Positions 50,749 through 57,879 of a stretch of DNA of 64,000 bases are shown piece after piece. Both the position numbers and the translations under genes were made by a program. A model generated the notes under the pieces. It did no database searches. It was not told the origin of the DNA and saw only the letters and a list, made by a program, of their open reading frames with translations. Position 1 is the stretch's first letter. Each line of letters begins with the position of its first letter. The DNA comes from Acidimicrobiales bacterium (GTDB taxonomy: Bacteria; Actinomycetota; Acidimicrobiia; Acidimicrobiales; Ilumatobacteraceae). The stretch covers positions 87 through 64,086 of the forward strand of contig JAUREG010000006.1 in the NCBI GenBank assembly GCA_030827545.1, written 5' to 3'.

Positions 50749-52191
50749 CTACACGCTAGAACTTCGGTGTCGCAGAGCAATTATCCCCACAAAAACTCCG
50801 AGCCAAAGGGCGAGATTTACCATGCCTTCAAATCGAAGGCGTGCGAAAATTTCAGCAACCCACCAGACCCAGCGCACGCCAACTCGAATCGGCAACATCA
50901 TCTGTTCGCCAATTTCGCTGAGTCCAAAGTTGCTAAAAAGCGCCGATAAAAGCGACATCGGTAAACCCACCAACATCACCAAGCCAGCAATCGGCACAGC
51001 CAAGACATTGGCAACAATGCCGGTCGCCGACGGCACACCAAAAATAAAAATCACAACTGGCATCACACCAAGTTGCGCTGCAACGGTTGCCCCGATGAGT
51101 TGTGCCAACCACTGCGGTCGTCTCACGATTTTGGCCAATGGTGCAGCGCCAATACATAAACCACAGGTCGCACCGACTGACATGAAAAACCCAACTGACC
51201 AAGCCAATAGCGGGTCAACAACGACTGCTAACAAAACTGTCAGAGCAATCAATCGCATAGTTCTAGTTGGTCGTCCAAATGCGACAGAAAGAAACGCAAG
51301 ACCAGCCATCGTTGCCGCACGCACGACTGAAGGTTCTACGCGTGTGATCAAAACGAACCAGACGAGAACCCCGAGTGTTGCAAATATTCGCAGTCGATTT
51401 TTTAGGCGCGATAGCAACGGTGAAAGCGCGGCCAAAACGAACGAAACATTTTGACCTGAAACAGCAACCAAATGTGCAAGCCCTGAATTACGAAAAGCGT
51501 CGATCATTGACTTTGATTGCCGCGTGTCGTCACCAATCACCAGACCGGTGAACAACGATTGATCATCAAATTCAAACGAATCTGAACCAAGTTTTACAAG
51601 ATCTCGCACACGCTGAACACTGCGCAAAATTGGCGGCGCGACAAGACGCGTTTCACCAACCAATTCAAGGCGAAATTTGCCCTTGATATGTTGTGCGACC
51701 CATCTTGATTCAGTTCCTTGTTCAAACGGCTCGCGCAGACCACGCACATAGACCCGCTCGCCCACTTTGGCGCCAGCCATTCGCCACGCGGGTCGACCAT
51801 ATGCGTACGCAACAAAACGATCGCGTCCGATTTCGAGTGTGGTGCGAGTTGCCACACCAATGTTTTGCGGGTCGCTCATCACCGTTGCATACCCCTCATA
51901 TTCACCGAGTCGCACATTGGCAAAATCATTGAGTGCACGTTGCGAATTAATTGCACCAAATGCAAAAATCAAGATCAAAAATGAAGCCAGCGATCGTGAA
52001 ATCAACGACCGATGCAGCGCAACAACGCAACTAATTGCAACTGCGATCAATATTGCAATACAAACCGTTTTGCTCGCACGTGTAACACACAGATACACGG
52101 CAACACCGAACACAATCAGCCAATCAGACCGCCGCACATCGTACGATGTAGTCATGGCTGGCAAGTCGCGACGCGTAGTACCCGATGGCAT
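50749..52191 (-). CDS. comEC: ComEC/Rec2 DNA internalisation channel protein, short form without MBL domain
   Basis: DUF4131-like N-terminus plus a Competence domain (SGLAHLVAVSGQNVSFV). Multi-TM. Alternative start M13 at 52155. Confidence 0.85.
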   Translation of the reverse strand: MPSGTTRRDLPAMTTSYDVRRSDWLIVFGVAVYLCVTRASKTVCIAILIAVAISCVVALHRSLISRSLASFLILIFAFGAINSQRALNDFANVRLGEYEGYATVMSDPQNIGVATRTTLEIGRDRFVAYAYGRPAWRMAGAKVGERVYVRGLREPFEQGTESRWVAQHIKGKFRLELVGETRLVAPPILRSVQRVRDLVKLGSDSFEFDDQSLFTGLVIGDDTRQSKSMIDAFRNSGLAHLVAVSGQNVSFVLAALSPLLSRLKNRLRIFATLGVLVWFVLITRVEPSVVRAATMAGLAFLSVAFGRPTRTMRLIALTVLLAVVVDPLLAWSVGFFMSVGATCGLCIGAAPLAKIVRRPQWLAQLIGATVAAQLGVMPVVIFIFGVPSATGIVANVLAVPIAGLVMLVGLPMSLLSALFSNFGLSEIGEQMMLPIRVGVRWVWWVAEIFARLRFEGMVNLALWLGVFVGIIALRHRSSSV

Positions 52192-52579
52192 CGTCGCTCA
52201 TCGCAATGCAGTGCGCCAACGTGGCGGGCTAATCGCAGTTGCGCTGTCTCTTGGTGTGCTCGTCGTCGGTCTCGTCTTGCTTGCGCTACCCGGCTCATTA
52301 ACTGGCCTGCTCGGTTTTGTTCTCACTTTCATCGCGCTGCCGACCATGCCGCTGTTTGGCATACCGGCCTCGGGCGGCTTCACTCTCTACACGTTGAGTT
52401 TTATCTCGAGCATGTTGGTGTGGTGGATTATCGGTCACTATGCAAGCCTTCGCGCAATTCGTGAAATTATCGCTAGTTGGCCAGAGTGGCGTCGAGAATT
52501 TCGACCGCTGGCGATTGGTCTCGTGCTTGGTTCGCTGATTTCGCTCGCGCTCGCCGCTTTGATTCTCGGCGCGCTTTAG
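52154..52579 (+). CDS. hypothetical 4-TM membrane protein, opposite strand between comEC and comEA
   Basis: MAGKSRRVVPDGIVAHRNAVRQRGG followed by four clean hydrophobic helices. No plausible minus-strand ORF exists in this 385-nt gap. The start is uncertain (ATG 52154 or GTG 52211). The track ORF from 51767 is an antisense extension. Confidence 0.5.
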   Translation: MAGKSRRVVPDGIVAHRNAVRQRGGLIAVALSLGVLVVGLVLLALPGSLTGLLGFVLTFIALPTMPLFGIPASGGFTLYTLSFISSMLVWWIIGHYASLRAIREIIASWPEWRREFRPLAIGLVLGSLISLALAALILGAL

Positions 52580-53313
52580 TTAACCCGCGCACGCGGCAAG
52601 ATCTCGCTCAACTTCGCAGGCCCGATGCCCCGCACCTTCAACAAATCTTCAACTTTCAAGAACGCACCATTTTTTTCGCGATACGCAACTATTGCTTTTG
52701 CCGTTGCTGGCCCCACACCAGGCAACTGTTCAAGTTCAACGACCGACGCCAAATTGATGTTGATCAATTGAGGCACTGCGCTGCTAGTCGCACCGCCGAC
52801 GCCAGTTGCACCACCCGTCGCGCCGCCAGTCGCACCACCGACACCATTTAAACCGCCTGCCGCATCCCCACCGCCACCGAGTTGCGGTCGATTTGTAATC
52901 GTGTGTGGCTTTTCTCCGCGTTTGGGTACATAAATTTGTTCACCCTCGTTTAAAACAGTCGCCAAATTTATTACGTCAAGATTCGCCGCACTGGTTGCGC
53001 CACCCGCTGCAACTATGCCGTCATTGATTCGTGAACCATATTTAAGTCGATATACACCGGGGTTCTTCACAGACCCAGCAACATGCACTGTAATTATCTG
53101 TGGTGTCGCGTTGACTATCGGCGCACTGGTGATAATTGTTGCGCTTGTCGCAACTGTTGTGCTCGCAAAACTCAAACTCGCTTCGGGTGGTGGCGGTGGT
53201 GTTTGAACCAGCCACCAGCCAGCTACGCCAACAAATGCGACACTCAGCACGCTGCCAATCATTCGTGAGGCACCAAACCACTTAAGGCGGTCAAGGTTCA
53301 GAAAATTTTTCAT
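52576..53313 (-). CDS. comEA: ComEA-family DNA-binding competence protein
   Basis: N-terminal TM, an SLBB-like region, a (GGAT)n low-complexity linker, and the C-terminal HhH motif LEQLPGVGPATAKAIVAYREKNGAF. Confidence 0.88.
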   Translation of the reverse strand: MKNFLNLDRLKWFGASRMIGSVLSVAFVGVAGWWLVQTPPPPPEASLSFASTTVATSATIITSAPIVNATPQIITVHVAGSVKNPGVYRLKYGSRINDGIVAAGGATSAANLDVINLATVLNEGEQIYVPKRGEKPHTITNRPQLGGGGDAAGGLNGVGGATGGATGGATGVGGATSSAVPQLININLASVVELEQLPGVGPATAKAIVAYREKNGAFLKVEDLLKVRGIGPAKLSEILPRARVN

Positions 53314-53351
53314 CGCCCCATGTGGGCGCAGACCTCACTAAGAGGCAGAAA

Positions 53352-53438
53352 TTAAAACAGCCGTGCTGTCAGTCTCTTGCGATGGTCGGCAGAGTTTAAA
53401 ACAGTCGCGCGGTCAGTTTTTTGCGATAGTCGGCAGTG
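53352..53438. repeat. imperfect tandem duplication (2 x ~43 nt, period 44) spanning the stop of the thioredoxin-TPR gene
   Basis: 53352..53394 versus 53396..53438, about 36/43 identical. Both copies begin TTAAAACAG on the plus strand. Confidence 0.9.
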
Positions 53439-54100
53439 CGCGGGTCGTTTGGCCCCATTTTCGCAAGCAACTCAAGAAACTCGCTCTTGGCATCTTCGTC
53501 AGTCTTGACACGCACCAATAAATCAGTCAACTGTTTGTCATAGTCATCTTGCGGCACAAACGCAGCGCGCGCCGCAGCAATCGAAGTTCGCACGCGTTCA
53601 GTTTCGGGCACTTTCTTCAATAACTCGAGTGCAGCCGAGCAATCTTTTCGCGCAGTCAACAAATCGGCAAGAGCGACAACAACACTTTCGTTAGTTGGCT
53701 CAGCCTCAAGTGCTTGGCGCAAACTTGCTTCATCACCTTTTGCCAATAGCGCTTTCACATCAACAACAACTTGCTCTGGCAACAAGTTTTTTATGAACTG
53801 TTCAACAACATGTTCTGACTGCGCACCAACAAAACCATCGACGATCTTGCCGTCTTTCATCGCATAAACAGCCGGAATTGACTGCACCTGAAACGCTTGG
53901 GCCACCTGCGGACAAGTATCCACATCGACTTTTGCCAAAACCACTTTGCCTTTGGTCGCTGCCGTCAACTTTTCAAGAATCGGCCCCAATGTCTTGCACG
54001 GACCACACCACTGCGCCCACAAGTCGATGATCACTGGCGTCACCATTGACTTCTCGATCACTTCCTTTTGAAAGGTTGCATCTGTTACATCAATAGCCAT
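53396..54100 (-). CDS. thioredoxin-domain protein with C-terminal TPR-like domain (YbbN/CnoX-like)
   Basis: WAQWCGPCK active site, followed by a helical C-terminal half. 234 aa. Confidence 0.85.
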   Translation of the reverse strand: MAIDVTDATFQKEVIEKSMVTPVIIDLWAQWCGPCKTLGPILEKLTAATKGKVVLAKVDVDTCPQVAQAFQVQSIPAVYAMKDGKIVDGFVGAQSEHVVEQFIKNLLPEQVVVDVKALLAKGDEASLRQALEAEPTNESVVVALADLLTARKDCSAALELLKKVPETERVRTSIAAARAAFVPQDDYDKQLTDLLVRVKTDEDAKSEFLELLAKMGPNDPRTADYRKKLTARLF

Positions 54101-54173
54101 GACTCCACAATACTGCGCAAATTAACGACGCTCGCAAGTGGCGATGACCAATACAAATTAAGTAGGTTGCTTA

Positions 54174-55217
54174 GTGATGAGCGACACAGTTAGCAGTGGC
54201 ATCAATTCTGAAAAAGTCTCAACTTGGCTCGAGACGAATGTCGCCGGCGCAACTGCGCCATTTAAGTTCGAATTCATCGCTGGCGGCCACTCAAATCTCA
54301 CGTTTTCGGTGCGTGATGCGAAACAAAATCATTACGTTCTTCGTCGCCCGCCACTCAGCCACGGCCTCGCCAGCGCTCACGACATGGGCCGCGAACATCG
54401 AATGATCTCGGCGCTACAAAACTCTGGCGTGCCAGTGCCACGCACTCGCGGTCTTTGCACCGATGTCGAAATTAACGGCGCACCTTTTTATGTAATGGAT
54501 TTCGTCGACGGCCACATCGTGCGCGATGTGCCCATCGCCGAGACCGTGCTAACAGAACAGACCCGCGCCCGGGCTAGCGAATCGCTTGTCGACACATTGG
54601 CAAAGATTCACGCTGTCGATGTCAACAAAGTCGGCTTGCAAGACTTCAGTCGACACGAGGGTTATATCGCTCGGCAACTTAAGCGTTGGTACGGCCAATG
54701 GAATGCACAAAAGACGCGCGAACTTTCAGTTGTTGATCGCGTGCATGAAGAACTCTCGAAAAGAATTCCCGAACAGGGGCCGGCAACAATTGTGCACGGC
54801 GACTATCGACTCGACAACTGCATCGTCAGTTCGAGTGGCGAAATTCAAGCAGTGCTCGATTGGGAGATCTGCACACTCGGTGATCCGCTTGCAGATCTCG
54901 GCCTGCTCACTGTTTATTGGACGGGCCCTAACGACGAAGCATCACCGTGGATGTCGCAATACACAACCGTCAAAGGCTTTTTGAATCGCAACGACCTGAT
55001 CGCTCGCTATGCAAAAACAACAGGTCGTGATGTGACAAATATCGAGTTCTATCGAGCGTTCGCATATTGGAAACTCGCCTGCATCGTCGAAGGCGTTTAC
55101 GCGCGTTATCTCGGTGGTGCACTCGGCGAAAAGAACGCCGCCGACCTCGAACCGTTCAAGTTGCAAACCGAGGCGGCCGCCAACAGTGCCGAGCAAGCGC
55201 TTTCGCGTCTAAACTGA
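54174..55217 (+). CDS. phosphotransferase (APH/choline-kinase fold) family protein
   Basis: Brenner motif VHGDYRLDN and DWE.C..GDP. 347 aa, the type often paired with acyl-CoA dehydrogenases. Confidence 0.8.
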   Translation: MMSDTVSSGINSEKVSTWLETNVAGATAPFKFEFIAGGHSNLTFSVRDAKQNHYVLRRPPLSHGLASAHDMGREHRMISALQNSGVPVPRTRGLCTDVEINGAPFYVMDFVDGHIVRDVPIAETVLTEQTRARASESLVDTLAKIHAVDVNKVGLQDFSRHEGYIARQLKRWYGQWNAQKTRELSVVDRVHEELSKRIPEQGPATIVHGDYRLDNCIVSSSGEIQAVLDWEICTLGDPLADLGLLTVYWTGPNDEASPWMSQYTTVKGFLNRNDLIARYAKTTGRDVTNIEFYRAFAYWKLACIVEGVYARYLGGALGEKNAADLEPFKLQTEAAANSAEQALSRLN

Positions 55218-55226
55218 TTTCACGCG

Positions 55227-56102
55227 ATGAATAAGCCATACAAAATTATTGGCACTCTGCCGCAGATCAAAGACCCCCTCTTGGTCGTGATGATGACCGG
55301 CTGGATTGACACGAGTTCTGCCGCTGCCGCTGCCGTCGAACTTGTCGCCAAAGAAACAAACGCCATTAAGGTCATCGACTTCGATATCGACACATTCGTT
55401 GACTTTCGTGCTCGCCGCCCAACTATGGAATTACGCGAAGGTGTCAATACAAAACTCGTCTGGTCTACACCAGAGATTGCGCTCGGTCGCGACATCAACA
55501 ACAAAGATATTTTGTTGCTCACTGGTCCAGAACCAGACACTCACTGGAATTTGTTCGCCGAAACAATCGCCGACATCAGCGTGCAATTTGGTGTGCGACG
55601 AATGATCGGCATCGGTGCATACCCGTTTGCAACACCACATACTCGTGCTGTTTATATTTCTTGCACGTCGCCTGACAAAGATTTGGTTTCGAGTTTGCCT
55701 TACTTGAAGAGTTCAGTCGACGTACCTGCGGGCATGGCAGCAGCAATCGAGCATTCGCTTCACGGTCGCAAAATTCAAGCGCTCAGTTTGTGGGCTCGAG
55801 TGCCTCACTATGTTGCTTCAATGCCATACCCTGCTGCTTCGGCTGCTTTGCTCGCTGCACTTTGTGACACTGGCGGCATTTCGCTCGACGTTTCGTCGAT
55901 GCGCGAACAAGCCAAGACTCAACGCGAGCGACTCGATCAACTAATTGCCGGCAACAACGAGCACTCGCAAATGTTGACGCAACTTGAACAGGCATTCGAT
56001 GAACAAATCGCCAACGGCACAACTGAAATTAATTTCGGCGCGCCAATACCGAGTGGCGACGAAATCGCCGCCGAGTTCGAAAAGTACCTGCGCGACCGCT
56101 AA
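55227..56102 (+). CDS. PAC2 (proteasome assembly chaperone 2) family protein
   Basis: 291 aa. PLLVVMMTGWIDTSSAAAAA-type N-terminus and LLTGPEPDTHW, typical of the actinobacterial PAC2 family. Confidence 0.75.
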   Translation: MNKPYKIIGTLPQIKDPLLVVMMTGWIDTSSAAAAAVELVAKETNAIKVIDFDIDTFVDFRARRPTMELREGVNTKLVWSTPEIALGRDINNKDILLLTGPEPDTHWNLFAETIADISVQFGVRRMIGIGAYPFATPHTRAVYISCTSPDKDLVSSLPYLKSSVDVPAGMAAAIEHSLHGRKIQALSLWARVPHYVASMPYPAASAALLAALCDTGGISLDVSSMREQAKTQRERLDQLIAGNNEHSQMLTQLEQAFDEQIANGTTEINFGAPIPSGDEIAAEFEKYLRDR

Positions 56103-56153
56103 TCGTTTGCGCGGGCTAACTGTTCGCGCGGGCTATTTATTTGTCCGGGCTAA
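56103..56153. repeat. three tandem ~17-nt units (consensus minus-strand TTAGCCCGNRCRAAC) at the HDAC-family gene 3' end
   Basis: Plus-strand units are tcgtttgcgcgggctaa (56103-56119), ctgttcgcgcgggcta (56120-56135) and tttatttgtccgggctaa (56136-56153). Confidence 0.85.
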
Positions 56154-57185
56154 GCCGTGCAACCAAGACTGCACGTTTGCACCCAACGCATCAACGTCGT
56201 AGCCACCTTCTTGCAACACAACTGTCGGCAAGCCCAACGCACCAACTAGTGCGCCGCATCGGTCGTAGCCAGGTGTCGTCAACGCCAAATCACTGATCGG
56301 GTCAGTAATAAAAGTGTCAAGACCAAGTGACACGATGATCATTGACGGACCAAACTTTTTGATGCTCTCGCAAGCACGTTCGAGAGCCTTCATATACGAA
56401 TCGTCATCTGTGCGCGCCGCAAGCGGAACATTGAGCGTCGAGCCTCGGCCCTTGCCCGAACCAACTTCGTCTTCGTAACCCGTGAAGTACGGATACGCAC
56501 GCGCTGGGTCGCCATGTAGCGACACAAATTGAACATCGTCACGCTCGTAGAAAATTTGCTGGGTGCCGTTGCCATGGTGATAATCGACGTCGAGCACCGT
56601 TACCTTGGTGCCAGTTGTGCTCGCAACATGATGGGCTGCGATCGCCGCATTGTTGAAAAAGCAATATCCGCCATACAAGTCGGTGGTTGCGTGATGGCCC
56701 GGTGGTCGGCACAAGCCATAACTATTTTTCGCACCGTCTAAAACAATTTTCGTCGCGCTCATCGCCACATCAACCGCACCACGAGCCGCCTCGTAAGTGC
56801 CCATCGTTAGCGGAGTCGTAGTTTCAAAGCACCACCATCCCAATTTGCCGTTTACTGACTCTGGCTCAACCCGGTCGCCCATGTTCTGGCGCAGGTTTGA
56901 CTTAAAAAACATGTCTGGCACAACTTCGCGAGATTCTTTGACATCACGCTGATAATCGGCCCATGCGGTCGACAAAAATTTCAACAAGCCCGGGTTATGA
57001 ATTTTGGTGATTGGTTCAGTACCCCACTCAGTTGGCGAAGCGAAATCGAATGCTTTATCGGCAGCCAAAGTCTCGCGAATCTTTTCGGCACGACCTGTGT
57101 GCTCGAACGGCGAGTGCGCAGAAGATCTCTCAATTTCAACTTCGGGGTTATGCAACAAGTGCGCTGGCGAATATACGACTTTCAC
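56133..57185 (-). CDS. histone deacetylase-family amidohydrolase (AcuC/acetylpolyamine amidohydrolase-like)
   Basis: CRPPGHHA, LDVDYHHGNGTQ, and a GGY-type C-terminal motif (LQEGGYD). Confidence 0.85.
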   Translation of the reverse strand: MKVVYSPAHLLHNPEVEIERSSAHSPFEHTGRAEKIRETLAADKAFDFASPTEWGTEPITKIHNPGLLKFLSTAWADYQRDVKESREVVPDMFFKSNLRQNMGDRVEPESVNGKLGWWCFETTTPLTMGTYEAARGAVDVAMSATKIVLDGAKNSYGLCRPPGHHATTDLYGGYCFFNNAAIAAHHVASTTGTKVTVLDVDYHHGNGTQQIFYERDDVQFVSLHGDPARAYPYFTGYEDEVGSGKGRGSTLNVPLAARTDDDSYMKALERACESIKKFGPSMIIVSLGLDTFITDPISDLALTTPGYDRCGALVGALGLPTVVLQEGGYDVDALGANVQSWLHGLARTNK

Positions 57186-57222
57186 AAAAACCCCGTTTCT
57201 CTTCGAACTATCTCAGCAATTT

Positions 57223-57861
57223 CTAACTGAAATCTAGTGGCGAGCGCAGTGATCGTTTCAATTCGGCGACCCCTGACGTTGTCGCGATTGTTTCAACAGC
57301 ATCCCAAAGTTTCAATGCCTCATCACCGCGTGGCGACTTTGAAATCACTGGGCCAAAGAAACTGCCCTCATTGGGCTGACCCGGCTTGAAAGTCAAAATC
57401 GGTGTGCCGACATCTTTACCTGTTCGCGAAAGTGCAAGGGCGGTTTCATATCGAATGACCGCAGTATGGGTCTCGTCATTTAGCGAATCGGCCCACACCG
57501 TTGGCAGCGAATGGCGTCGCAACATATCACTCAAAAATTTATGTGGGTCGGTATCAAAACCTTCACGGATTTTCTCAACATGCACAGTCGTACCCATCGC
57601 TGTGTAGAACTTTGCCACAGCGTCGTTGCCCGCGTCTGCACGCGCGGCACTCGCAACGCGCAGTGCCTGCAATCCAAATGTGTGAATCATCTTGTGGTAG
57701 TCATCACCAGGCTTATAGCCCTTGTCGGTGTTGACCATTGACAGCGAAATGAACTTCCATGCAACGTCATAGTTTCGCAAAGTGCTTACTTCGGTCACCC
57801 AACGCGAAGTCACCCATGCCCACGGGCAACCTGGATCAAAGAAAAAATCTAAATCTGCCAC
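57223..57861 (-). CDS. DsbA-fold thiol reductase, Rv2466c-like, with CPWA instead of CPWC
   Basis: (M)ADLDFFFDPGCPWAWVTSRWVTEV and GTPILTF...FFGPVISKSPRGDEALKLWDAV align to remembered M. tuberculosis Rv2466c. GTG start. The codon at 57819..57817 is GCA (Ala). Confidence 0.7.
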   Translation of the reverse strand: MADLDFFFDPGCPWAWVTSRWVTEVSTLRNYDVAWKFISLSMVNTDKGYKPGDDYHKMIHTFGLQALRVASAARADAGNDAVAKFYTAMGTTVHVEKIREGFDTDPHKFLSDMLRRHSLPTVWADSLNDETHTAVIRYETALALSRTGKDVGTPILTFKPGQPNEGSFFGPVISKSPRGDEALKLWDAVETIATTSGVAELKRSLRSPLDFS

Positions 57862-57879
57862 ATAGACAGATTAGGCGCT

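Noticed and set aside
51767-52153. 129-codon upstream extension of the plus-strand membrane ORF, antisense to the comEC 5' region.
   Set aside because: That part is hydrophilic junk-like sequence shadowing genuine ComEC TM-coding DNA. Only the portion from 52154 (or 52211) onward lies in the comEA-comEC gap and looks like a real protein.
50749-52191. The short 480-aa ComEC lacking the metallo-beta-lactamase domain, considered as a truncation or pseudogene.
   Set aside because: The reading frame is intact from the TM-rich N-terminus to the stop, which abuts holA. From memory, short ComEC forms of about 500 aa in the same rpsT-holA-comEC-comEA context are normal in Actinobacteria.
52786-52845. 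Short-period tandem repeats in comEA (12-nt GGAT-coding units), the DUF3499 gene (10300-10350) and infB, considered as CRISPR or VNTR-like arrays.
   Set aside because: All are in-frame, inside well-supported genes, and encode low-complexity linkers. There are no spacers and no repeat-spacer architecture.
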